Assembly (NCBI GenBank): GCA_027364875.1 | Contig: DAHXON010000005.1 | Span: 3,976 to 67,975 of the forward strand | Reading direction: 5' to 3' | Source of the DNA: Chloroflexota bacterium | Lineage (GTDB): Bacteria > Chloroflexota > Limnocylindria > Limnocylindrales > CSP1-4 | Length of the DNA stretch: 64,000 nucleotides | Shown here: one piece after another, positions 36,647-45,428 of the stretch | How positions within the stretch are numbered: the stretch's first letter is position 1 | Layout of the letters: each line of letters starts with the position of its first letter | Notes under the pieces: generated by a model | Databases searched by the model: none | Told to the model about the DNA's origin: nothing | Seen by the model: the letters and a program-made list of their open reading frames with translations, nothing else | Position numbers and translations under genes: made by a program

Positions 36647-37885
36647 GTGCCTGCCAACAACGCCATCAATCCGGGCGACACCGCCTGGATCTTGACGTCG
36701 ACGGCCCTCGTCATGCTGATGACGCCGGGGCTGGCGCTCTTCTACGGCGGACTCGTGCGCCGCAAGAACGTGCTCAGCACGATCATGCACAGCATCTTCA
36801 TCCTGGCCCTGGTCAGCGTCACCTGGGTGCTGTTCGGCTTTACGCTTGCCTTCGGCAAGGACGTGAACGGCTGGGGCATCATCGGCGGCCTGGACTTCAT
36901 CGGCCTCCGGGGCGTGGGCAAGGATCCACTGACCCAGTACGCGCCGACCATTCCCGGCAGCGCGTTCATGGCCTTCCAGATGATGTTCGCGGTGATCACG
37001 CCGGCCCTCATTACCGGCGCGTTCGCGGAACGCCAGAAGTTCAAGGCTTTCGTCCTCTTCTCGCTTCTCTGGACCCTGCTCGTCTACTCGCCGATCGCTC
37101 ACTGGGTCTGGGGCGAGGGAGGCTGGCTCCGCAACCTGGGCGCCCTGGACTTCGCCGGCGGAACGGTCGTTCACATCAGCTCGGGCGTGGCCGCTCTGGT
37201 GGCCGCCCTGGTCCTGGGCCCGCGGGTCCGCAGGGAATCCGACCGCTTCGAGCCGCACGACGTCCGCCTCACGGTGATCGGAGCCGCGCTCCTGTGGTTC
37301 GGCTGGTTCGGCTTCAACGGCGGGTCGGCGCTGGCCGCCAATGGCCTCGCGGCCAATGCCTTCGTCGTCACCAACACCGCGGCCGGTATGGCCGCTCTCA
37401 CCTGGGTCACGGTCAGCTGGCTGCACAAGGGCACCCCGAGCGTGACCGGGGCGGTCGCGGGAGCGGTTGCCGGTCTCGTGGCGATTACACCGGCGTCGGG
37501 CTTCGTCGACGCCAGTGCGGCGATCGTAATCGGCTTCAGCGCCGGCGCGGTCTGCTACGGCGCGATCCTCCTGCGCGAGTGGCTCAAGGTGGACGACGCT
37601 CTGGACGTCTGGGCCGTCCACGGCGTGGGCGGCACGCTGGGTGCGCTCCTGACGGGCGTGTTCGCGACGGCGGCGATAGGCGGCTTCTCCGGCCTCATCG
37701 ACGGCAATGCCGGGCAGGTCGGCAAGCAGTTCGTGGCTGTCGCGGCCACCTGGATATACAGCGGCATAGCCACATTCGCGATCCTCAAGGTCGTGGACCT
37801 GTTCGTCGGCCTCCGAGTCGAGGAAGCCGAGGAAGAGGAGGGTCTCGACGCCTCGCAGCACGGCGAGGTCGCTTGGCAGAGCTGA
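36647..37885 (+). CDS. amt: Ammonium transporter
   Basis: GTG 4 nt after AGGAGG (36637-36642). Motifs DTAWILTSTALVMLMTPGLALFYGG, DFAGGTVVHISSG, HGVGGTLGALLTGVF. Confidence 0.9.
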   Translation: MPANNAINPGDTAWILTSTALVMLMTPGLALFYGGLVRRKNVLSTIMHSIFILALVSVTWVLFGFTLAFGKDVNGWGIIGGLDFIGLRGVGKDPLTQYAPTIPGSAFMAFQMMFAVITPALITGAFAERQKFKAFVLFSLLWTLLVYSPIAHWVWGEGGWLRNLGALDFAGGTVVHISSGVAALVAALVLGPRVRRESDRFEPHDVRLTVIGAALLWFGWFGFNGGSALAANGLAANAFVVTNTAAGMAALTWVTVSWLHKGTPSVTGAVAGAVAGLVAITPASGFVDASAAIVIGFSAGAVCYGAILLREWLKVDDALDVWAVHGVGGTLGALLTGVFATAAIGGFSGLIDGNAGQVGKQFVAVAATWIYSGIATFAILKVVDLFVGLRVEEAEEEEGLDASQHGEVAWQS

Positions 37886-37961
37886 GTCACCCGAGCCCGA
37901 TAACCCGGAAATCCCCGGCGGCGATTCCGCGCAGGTTCGCTCCTGCGGTTCGTGCGCCATT

Positions 37962-37992
37962 CACCGGGGCCGGCCAGCCCCCGGCCCCGGTG
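37962..37992 (+). terminator. Perfect 12-bp stem hairpin CACCGGGGCCGG-N7-CCGGCCCCGGTG downstream of amt
   Basis: Read directly, 77 nt after the amt stop. No clear U-tract. Confidence 0.45.
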
Positions 37993-38162
37993 CAACTCAA
38001 GTGCCGGCGCCTCCGACGTCCCCAAGCGCAACCCGGACGCCACTCGGGCGCCACCCATCCTGAACCCCGGTGCTACTGATTTCCACCGATGCCTCTTCTA
38101 GATTCACAGCACCGAAACGGGTTCGGAAACGCACTCGAAAGCTCAGCCGAAGGAGCCAGAAG

Positions 38163-38243
38163 ATGATCGCAGTCGCATTCGCCAGCTTCGCGCTTCTCGT
38201 CATCGGATGGCTTGTCGCCCCCTCGCGCAACGTCGCCGAGTAG
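38163..38243 (+). CDS. Candidate 26-codon hydrophobic micro-ORF (MIAVAFASFALLVIGWLVAPSRNVAE)
   Basis: ATG 7 nt after GAAGGAG (38149-38155). One TM-length hydrophobic stretch. TAGATT -10-like box at 38099-38104. Hairpins downstream at 38284-38300 and 38342-38370. Too short for the ORF track. Confidence 0.35.
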   Translation: MIAVAFASFALLVIGWLVAPSRNVAE

Positions 38244-38341
38244 CGGTTCCGCCTTTCGTATCGGGTCTCCTACCTCCCTCACTCGCCGGCGCAATCGCCG
38301 GCACGGTCTCTCTCCCACGCCTCCGCTCAGCTCGCATCTGA

Positions 38342-38370
38342 CCCGCGCACCTTTCGGCAGGTTGCGCGGG
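38342..38370. terminator. Hairpin CCCGCGCA-N13-TGCGCGGG followed by TCATTCATTT, between the micro-ORF and the convergent cydC
   Basis: Perfect 8-bp stem read directly. Confidence 0.35.
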
Positions 38371-38452
38371 TCATTCATTTCGCGGGTCCCACTTCACGCC
38401 GACCGCCGCAGGCGAACCCGCGCACGAGAGGATGCTGGCGCCGCCGGCGCAG

Positions 38453-40210
38453 CTAGGAGGCTGAACCGGCCGGCGGACTTGCTTCGAGGCCGATGTCGAG
38501 GCGAGCCTGCCAGTCCGTCGAGGCGATCAGCTCCGGACGATGCGTGATCATGACGACCGTTCGCCGGCGGGTGGCCGACAGCAGATCGGCCGTCAGGGCC
38601 ATCGCCGTCTCTTCGTCGACGTGTTCCGTCGGCTCGTCGAAGACCACGACCGGCGCATCGGCAAGCAGCGCCCGAGCGAGCGCAAGCCGCTGGCGCTGTC
38701 CGCCCGAAAGCCGGGCACCGTGCTCGCCGACCGGCGTCGCCAGCCCCTTGGGCAGGGAGGCGATCCAGGGCCCGAGCTGGGCGCGCTCGAGCGCCATCGC
38801 GATGTCCGCCTCCGACGCCGTCGGCCGGGCCAGCCTGACGTTCTCCAGGACCGTGGTGTCGAAGACGTGGGGCTCCTGCTCGCACAGGCAGATAACCCGC
38901 CGGACGTCGTCGCTCGAAAGCGAGCGCAGCTCGGCCGAACGCACGCTCCCGACCAGCTCGATCGAGCCGGCGACCGGGTCCAGGAAGCGGACGAGCAAGT
39001 TCGCGAACGTCGTCTTGCCGGCGCCGCTGGGACCCGTGACCAGCAGCCGACCTCCCGCCGCGACCTCCACATCCGGGAACTCGAGGGTTGGGGGTTCCGG
39101 CGATGCCGGGTCGCCGGTCCCGGGGTAGGCGGCCTTCAGGCCGCGGATCCGCAGCCCGTACGGCCCGGACGGAAGGTCCGCGGGGCGAGCGGGCTCGACC
39201 ACGGGATCGCGCCGTGAGGTGACTTCGAGGACCCGTGAAGCCATCGAGGAGATTGCCGGGACGTGCTGCGCCGCGGCGCTCAGCCCCATGACCGACTCGT
39301 GAACCGCGAGCGGAGTCAGGACGACCACGGCCAGCGCCACTCCGTCGAGGGCTCCCGCCCGGACCGCGGCGATCCCGGCAAGCAAGCCTATCCAGACCGC
39401 GGCTCCCCCAGCCAGGCCGGAGAACAGGGCGCCGAGGCCGGTGCCGAGCGACGTCCTGGCTTCGGCCGCGGCGAGCCGCGAATCGATCTCCGACAGACAG
39501 GCCAGCCGGCCGTCCGTGGCTCCGGACACGAGCAACTCCGGCGCCCCGGCCAGGACTTCGAGCGTCTCCGCCGCAAGCTCGCCTCTCGTGACCGCGATCC
39601 GCCGTTCCGCCCGACGCGCGACCGTGGCAGTCAGGACCGGCACGGCAAAGGCCACGAACAGCAGCGAGAGACCCAGGGCAATGCCGGCGGCCGGAACCAG
39701 GTACCAGACGAGCAGGACGGCGCCCGTGACCGTGAGGGCGGCCATCAGGTAGGGGAGCAGGACGCGCAGCCAGACGTCCGCCAGGCCGTCCACGTCGTCG
39801 ACCAGGCGGGCCAGCAGATCGCCCGACCGGAACTCGGCCAGGCCGGCCGGCGCGAGCCGCTCGAGGCGCTCGTAGACACGCCCTCGCACCCGGCCCAGAA
39901 CCCGGAAGGCGGCGTCGTGCGAGGTCACCCTCTCGAGATAGCGGAATACGCCGCGGCTGATCCCGAAGAACCGGACGGCCGTGATCGTGACCATCAGGTC
40001 CAGGACGGGGGGCTGCTCGGAAGCTCTGGAGATGAGGTAGGCAGAGGTCGCCGTGAGCCCGATCGCGGCCCCGGACGCGGCCGCGCCGATGAGGACGGCC
40101 AGGGCCAGACGCCCGGCGACCGGCCTTCCCGTGAGCGCGATCCGGAGGAGCGGGTGGAGCCCTTCGGACCGGCTCGGCCGCCGCGATCGGGCGGACGCCG
40201 TCGCGCTCAT
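38453..40210 (-). CDS. cydC: Thiol reductant ABC exporter subunit CydC
   Basis: 585 aa, TMD + NBD. Motifs GPSGAGKTT, LSGGQRQRLALARAL, VVFDEP. The ATG overlaps the cydD stop (ATGA). Confidence 0.9.
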   Translation of the reverse strand: MSATASARSRRPSRSEGLHPLLRIALTGRPVAGRLALAVLIGAAASGAAIGLTATSAYLISRASEQPPVLDLMVTITAVRFFGISRGVFRYLERVTSHDAAFRVLGRVRGRVYERLERLAPAGLAEFRSGDLLARLVDDVDGLADVWLRVLLPYLMAALTVTGAVLLVWYLVPAAGIALGLSLLFVAFAVPVLTATVARRAERRIAVTRGELAAETLEVLAGAPELLVSGATDGRLACLSEIDSRLAAAEARTSLGTGLGALFSGLAGGAAVWIGLLAGIAAVRAGALDGVALAVVVLTPLAVHESVMGLSAAAQHVPAISSMASRVLEVTSRRDPVVEPARPADLPSGPYGLRIRGLKAAYPGTGDPASPEPPTLEFPDVEVAAGGRLLVTGPSGAGKTTFANLLVRFLDPVAGSIELVGSVRSAELRSLSSDDVRRVICLCEQEPHVFDTTVLENVRLARPTASEADIAMALERAQLGPWIASLPKGLATPVGEHGARLSGGQRQRLALARALLADAPVVVFDEPTEHVDEETAMALTADLLSATRRRTVVMITHRPELIASTDWQARLDIGLEASPPAGSAS

Positions 40211-42026
40211 ACCGGCGCCTCCATCGCCTCGCCGGCCGTCTTGTGGACGCCTCGCGCTCCCTCGCCGGGCGGCTCCACGGCGTCGGGCACGGCGATTCCG
40301 TCGATTCGCGACTCGACCGTGGCCACGGTGTCGGCGACACGCAAGGCGGCCGGCCGGTGGGCAATCAGGAGAACCGCCCGCCCCTGTTCGTGAGCCGCGG
40401 ACCTGATCGCCGCCAGGACGGTTGCCTCCGCCTTCACGTCCAGGCCGGCGGTCGGCTCGTCGAAGATCATGAGATCGCCGCCCCGGAGCAACGCCCGGGC
40501 GACCCCGACGCGCCGCCGCTGACCCGACGAGATTCCCGTGCCGCCCTCGCCCAGGCGGGTTCGTGGGTCGAGCTCGGCCAGGCCGGCCCGCTCGAGCGCC
40601 GCCGCGACCTCTTCGTCCGCCGCGTCGGGACTCGCCAGGCGCAGATTGTCCGCCACGGTGCCCGGGAAGCAGTACGGATGCTGCGGCACCCAGCTCACGC
40701 GAGCATGCCAGGCCGCCCGATCCACCGAGTCGAGCGAGATCGCACCGCCGGCTCCGGCGAGTTCCACATGGCCCGAATCCGGCCGGCGCAGCCCGAGCAG
40801 GACCTCGACGAGCGTGCTCTTGCCCGAGCCGCTGGGTCCGGCCAGGCCGGTGACTTCGCCGCTCCGGACCACCAGCGACGCTTCGAAGGGAGCGACGAGG
40901 TCACGGCCGCCGTGCCGAACGCTCACGGAATCGATGCGCACCGCGCTGAGGGGGAGGGGAGGCGGCACGAGGTCGCCTCAGCGCGCGGGGCCCCGGCGCT
41001 TGCGGCCCGCGCGCTCGGCCGCGCCGGAGCCACCCGCCGGCGCGCCGCTGCGGGAGCGTGCCGCTTCGTCGATCACCGCCAGCGCGCTCGCCGCCGCCGT
41101 CAGCCCTTCCTCGGAGGCGTGGAAGCTGGCCCCGAGCTGGCGGAGCGGCAGGTACGCCTCCGGCGCGAGCACCAGGACGAAGAGCCCCGTCTGGAGGCTG
41201 AGCAACCCATCCACGAGCTCCAGTCCCACGCCAACCGCGACGAGTGCGATGGACAGGGTCGCGGCGAGCTCCAGGGCAAATGCCGAGAGGAAGGCGATTC
41301 GCAGCGTCCCCATGCTCTCCCGCCGGTATTCGTCCGTGACCGCTGCCAGGCGCTCCAGCTGGGCCGGTCCGCGGCCGAAGATCCGCAGCGTGGGCAGGCC
41401 CGCCACCACGTCGAGGAAGTGGCTCGAGAGGCGGGCCAGGGCATTCCAGCGCCGCTTCCGCCGCCTGACGGTCATGGAGCCGATGAGGGCCATGAAGAGA
41501 GGGATCAGCGGCAGGGTGAGCAGCACGGTGATGCCGGCGAGCTGGTCCGAGGCGAACAGGCAAACGACCACCACCACCGGCACGATGCAGGCGAGCACCA
41601 GCTGCGGCAGGTAGCGGGCGAAGTAGGCGTCCAGGGCGTCGAGACCGCGGGTGGCCAGCGCCACGACCTCGCCGCTCGGAGGAAGCTCGCGACCCGGTCC
41701 CGGTGTCGCGGCCGCCGCGAGCAGCTGCATCCTCAGCTCGGACTTGACCCGCGCGGAGCTGAGGCGGGCGGTCGCTTCCTGACCCCAGGCGATCGCGGCG
41801 CGTGCGGCGAAAACCGCCGCGAGCGGAATGAGCGTCGGCCAGAGAGCCTCGACGCTCGAACCGCGCACGAACGCGGCACTGATCGCGACGGCAAGCAGCC
41901 AGGCCTGGACCACGGCCAGCCCCGCGGTGGCGATGCCCAGTCCCACCGCCGCGGCCAGGGCTATGGACGTGCTCCGGGCATAGCGCAGGAGCCGAGGGTC
42001 GATCGCCCTCAGCGGAAGAGCCTCAT
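40207..42026 (-). pseudogene. cydD: cydD (thiol reductant ABC exporter subunit) interrupted by an in-frame TGA and lacking a canonical in-frame start
   Basis: The TMD ORF (40978-41946) and NBD ORF (40207-40968) are in the same frame, separated only by TGA (40978-40980) plus 3 codons. CydD-like sequence (LPLRAIDPRLLRYARSTSIALAAA) continues in frame upstream of the first GTG. The ATGA-coupled ATG at 42026 is in another frame. Confidence 0.6.
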
Positions 42027-43084
42027 TTCGCGTGTTCCGGCGAGCCGATCACGTCGGCGGGCGCCGGCGAGTCGGGCGTCAGTCCCGGCCCCACATCAGA
42101 CCGAGGAGAAGTGATGCGCCGTCGGAAGATCCAGTAGGTCCAGCCTTCGTAGAGCAGGACGAGCGGAGTGAAGATGACCGCGACGATGGTCATGATCTGA
42201 AGGGTGAGGTCCGTCGACGACGCGTTCGAGACGGTCAGGCTGAAGGCGGCGTTCGTCGTGGAGGGCATGACGTTCGGGTAGAGGTTGGCGAAGAGCGCCA
42301 CGACCGCCATCAGGATCGTCACTGCCGTGGCGATAAAGGTCCACATTTCGCGCCGGAGGCGGTTGGCCGCCAGAGCTCCAACGAGCGCCACAGCCGCGAC
42401 GATCGAAGCGGCGATGGATCCGGGCACGGCCCTGTCGGCCGCCGTCCAGGCGAGGAACACGACCGCCGCCACAGCGGCGACCACGCCGAGTCCGATCACC
42501 ATCGCGTTGGCTCTGGCCCGCAGGTCGTTCGTGGTCTTGAGAGCCAGATAGGCGGCCCCGTGGGTGGCGAACAACGTCAGGGTCACGATGCCGCCGAGCA
42601 GCCCGTACGGGTTGAGCAGCGTGAACAGGTTGCCGGTGAAGTTGCCGTCCTTGTCGATCGGCACGCCGGCCACGATGTTGGCGAACGCCACGCCCCACAG
42701 GAGCGCGGGTACGACCGAGCCGAAGAAGATGGCCGCGTCCCAGCCGAGCCTCCAGCGTGGGTCCGTCCGCTGGCCTCGGTACTCGAAAGCGACGCCGCGC
42801 AGGATCAGCGCGACCAGGATCAGGAAAAGGGCGATGTAGAAGCCGCTGAAAAGGGTCGCGTACCAGTAGGGGAACGCGGCGAACATCGCCCCGCCGGCCG
42901 TGAGAACCCAGACCTCGTTGCCGTCCCAGACCGGCCCGATGGTGCTGATCACGGCTCCCCGCTCGCGCTCGTTGCGACCCAGGAACGGCATCAGCATGCC
43001 GACTCCAAAGTCGAAGCCTTCGAGGACGAAGTAGCCGGTCCAGAGGAAGCCGATGAGCAGGAACCAGACGTCGTGCAGCTGCAT
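42023..43084 (-). CDS. cydB: Cytochrome bd ubiquinol/menaquinol oxidase subunit II
   Basis: 353 aa. Motif WFLLIGFLWTGYFVLEGFDFGVGML. Confidence 0.95.
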   Translation of the reverse strand: MQLHDVWFLLIGFLWTGYFVLEGFDFGVGMLMPFLGRNERERGAVISTIGPVWDGNEVWVLTAGGAMFAAFPYWYATLFSGFYIALFLILVALILRGVAFEYRGQRTDPRWRLGWDAAIFFGSVVPALLWGVAFANIVAGVPIDKDGNFTGNLFTLLNPYGLLGGIVTLTLFATHGAAYLALKTTNDLRARANAMVIGLGVVAAVAAVVFLAWTAADRAVPGSIAASIVAAVALVGALAANRLRREMWTFIATAVTILMAVVALFANLYPNVMPSTTNAAFSLTVSNASSTDLTLQIMTIVAVIFTPLVLLYEGWTYWIFRRRITSPRSDVGPGLTPDSPAPADVIGSPEHAK

Positions 43085-43095
43085 GTCGGTCTCCC

Positions 43096-44508
43096 TCAGT
43101 AGGCGAAAGTGGAGGCAGACTCGCCGGTATCGCCGGCGTCACCGTAGCCGGCCGGCTGCGTGCCGATCTCGTCGGTCCTGATGACCTTGGCCACCAGGCC
43201 GACCTCGACGACAGCGAGGATCCCGTACAGGAGCGTGAAGGTGATCAGGGTGATCAGGATCATCGCCCCCGTGTTAGGCGACACGGCGTTGGCGGTGAGT
43301 AGCTGTCCCTGGACCACCCACGGCTGACGGCCCATCTCGTTGAGGATCCAGCCGAACGAGTTCGCGCCCAGCGGGACGAACGGCAGGATGGCCGCGATCA
43401 GGATTGCCCCCCGGCCCGGGCGGCGGCCCTTGCGAATGCTCCACAGGAACCACAGGGCGGCCAATCCGGCGAGGCCGGCGGCCCCGACCATGAGCCGGAA
43501 CGCGTAGAAGGACACCGGCACGATGGGCGAGTAGTCCATCTGCGGCCCGTATTGCGGGAAGGCGGCCCGGTACTGGGCGTTGAGGTTGTTGATGCCCTCC
43601 ACCTTGCCGTTGAAGTCGCCCGTTTCCAGGAACGACAGCAGACCAGGGATTTGGATGATCGGGATCATCTTGCCGTCCGGCCCCCACAAGGCGGCCACTG
43701 TGAAGGGCGCCGGCTGCGACGTGGTGTACAGCCCTTCCGACGCGGCGGCCTTCATCGGCTGGTCCGTGGCCAGGTGCTTGCCGAGCTGATCGCCCACGAC
43801 CAGGAGAGCTACCGCCGCCACGAGAACGGTGACCGCACCAACTTTCGCGGCGGTCCGGAAGATCTCGGCGTCGTGATCCGGGCGGCGGACGATCCGCCAG
43901 ACGGCAATCGCCAAGACGAACGCGCCGCCGGTCATGAAGGATGCCGCGATGACGTGTGGCATCGCTAGCATCAACGTGGGGTTCGTCATCACGGCGATGA
44001 AGTCGGTCAGCTCGGCACGGCCCGTGACCGCGTTGATCTTGAATCCGACCGGCTGCTGCATGAACGAGTTGGCGGCCAGGATGAAGAAGGCCGACAGCAG
44101 GCTGCCGATCGACACGATCCAGATAGAAGCCAGATGAACGGCTTTGGGGACGCGATCCCAGCCGAAGATCCATATCCCCAGGAACGTGGACTCGAGGAAG
44201 AACGCGAGCAGCGCCTCGATGGCCAGCGGCGCGCCGAATATGTCGCCGACGAACCGGCTGTAGTCGCTCCAGTTCATGCCGAACTGGAACTCCTGGAGGA
44301 TGCCCGTGACCACACCCAGGGCGAAGTTGATGAGAAAGAGCTCGCCGTAGAAATGGGTGAGCTTCAGGTATTTCTCTTTGTCGGTGCGAAACCACGCGGT
44401 CTGGAATCCGGCGACGAGGAATCCGAGCGAGATCGTGAGCGGGACGAAGAGGAAGTGGTAGACGGTAGTGATGCCGAACTGCAAACGTGCCAGGTCAAGG
44501 GCACTCAT
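43096..44508 (-). CDS. cydA: Cytochrome bd oxidase subunit I
   Basis: 470 aa. Motifs LARLQFGITTVYHFLFVPLTI and GWILNEMGRQPWVV. Confidence 0.95.
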   Translation of the reverse strand: MSALDLARLQFGITTVYHFLFVPLTISLGFLVAGFQTAWFRTDKEKYLKLTHFYGELFLINFALGVVTGILQEFQFGMNWSDYSRFVGDIFGAPLAIEALLAFFLESTFLGIWIFGWDRVPKAVHLASIWIVSIGSLLSAFFILAANSFMQQPVGFKINAVTGRAELTDFIAVMTNPTLMLAMPHVIAASFMTGGAFVLAIAVWRIVRRPDHDAEIFRTAAKVGAVTVLVAAVALLVVGDQLGKHLATDQPMKAAASEGLYTTSQPAPFTVAALWGPDGKMIPIIQIPGLLSFLETGDFNGKVEGINNLNAQYRAAFPQYGPQMDYSPIVPVSFYAFRLMVGAAGLAGLAALWFLWSIRKGRRPGRGAILIAAILPFVPLGANSFGWILNEMGRQPWVVQGQLLTANAVSPNTGAMILITLITFTLLYGILAVVEVGLVAKVIRTDEIGTQPAGYGDAGDTGESASTFAY

Positions 44509-44540
44509 GCACGCCTCCCATCTCGCTCACGCATTCCCCG

Positions 44541-44596
44541 AATCGCTCGACCGAGTCCCGTCGACGAACTGTCGCCACCCGAAAACGCTCGACAGA
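44541..44596. promoter_or_regulatory. Two 14-nt direct repeats (AATCGCTCGACCGA / AAACGCTCGACAGA) 42 nt apart upstream of cydA
   Basis: 12/14 identical. They lie 33-88 nt upstream of the cydA start and next to an OmpR-family regulator gene. Confidence 0.3.
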
Positions 44597-44696
44597 ATCC
44601 ACCCTGCGGCGGGACGCCGGCCTACGATACCTTTCGGCAGGCAAAGGCAGTAGCGGCGCCGCGAAAATGATGCGGCACGCGGTCCGCGAGGTGTGG

Positions 44697-45407
44697 CTAA
44701 CCGGCCTCTTCGAGCCGGTAGCCGACGCCCCGGACGGAGGCCGGAATTGGCGCTCCGGCTTCCTCGAGCTTGGAGCGCAGGCGGGCGAGGTGTGGCTTGA
44801 GCCACTGCGGATCCGGGTTCGGCTCGCCCGGCCAGCCGGCCGCGAGCAGTGACGAATGAGAGACCACGTGTCCCGCCGCCGCGACCATGGACGCGAGCAG
44901 GCTGTATTCCGTGCGGGTCAGGATCAGCTCTTCGCCGGCCACCGACGCGGTGTGGCGGCCGCGGTCCAGGACGATGGAACCCCAGCGCAGCTCGCCCACG
45001 CCCCGCGGCTCGGCTTCGTTTCCCCGGCGGCGCATGACCGCCCGGATCCGGGCCAGGAGCTCCTGCTTGCCGAAGGGCTTGACCACGTAGTCGTCGGCGC
45101 CCGTGTCGAGCGCTTCCACTTTGGCTCGCTCGTCGGCCTCGCCGGTTAGGACGATGATCGGCGTCTGGGACATCCGGCGGATCGCCCGGCACACTTCCAC
45201 GCCGTCGAGACCGGGCATGGCGAGGTCCAGCAGCACGAGATCCGGCCGCTCCTCGGTGAAGCGGCGCAGGGCCGTGTTGCCGTCGTAGGCGGTCACGACG
45301 CGGTGACCGGCACGGCCTACGAGGGCGGAGACTGCGCCAACCATCGCCGGCTCATCGTCGACGACGAGGACCAGCAGGCTCGTCTCTCCCTGGCCGATTC
45401 CGTTCAC
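44697..45407 (-). CDS. OmpR-family response regulator (KdpE-like)
   Basis: 236 aa, GTG 6 nt after GGAGG. Motifs VVDDEP, DLVLLDLAMPG, LTGE, and a C-terminal winged helix VRGVGYRL. Confidence 0.9.
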   Translation of the reverse strand: MNGIGQGETSLLVLVVDDEPAMVGAVSALVGRAGHRVVTAYDGNTALRRFTEERPDLVLLDLAMPGLDGVEVCRAIRRMSQTPIIVLTGEADERAKVEALDTGADDYVVKPFGKQELLARIRAVMRRRGNEAEPRGVGELRWGSIVLDRGRHTASVAGEELILTRTEYSLLASMVAAAGHVVSHSSLLAAGWPGEPNPDPQWLKPHLARLRSKLEEAGAPIPASVRGVGYRLEEAG

Positions 45408-45428
45408 TCCACGCCTCCGCCATTCCGA

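Noticed and set aside
38349-38361. An identical 13-mer, ACCTTTCGGCAGG, occurs on both sides of the cydABDC operon (38349 and 44627). I considered it as a possible target-site duplication or att-like flank.
   Set aside because: Tens of chance 13-mer repeats are expected in 64 kb of biased composition. There is no integrase, tRNA or compositional break, and the first copy is simply the loop of a hairpin.
37997-38378. The minus-strand ORFs 37997-38230 and 38073-38378 in the gene-poor region.
   Set aside because: There is no SD, the composition is Arg/Gly-rich and off-frame-like, and they overlap the better-supported micro-ORF and the hairpins.
40978-40980. The in-frame TGA of cydD as a selenocysteine or recoded codon.
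   Set aside because: It lies in a low-complexity linker rather than at a redox-active position. No SECIS-like hairpin is evident immediately downstream. TGA is used as an ordinary stop by many genes in the window.
44509-44696. A Rex-type operator (TGTGA-N6-TCACA) in the cydA promoter.
   Set aside because: No such palindrome was found by eye. Only the direct repeats reported in the findings are present.
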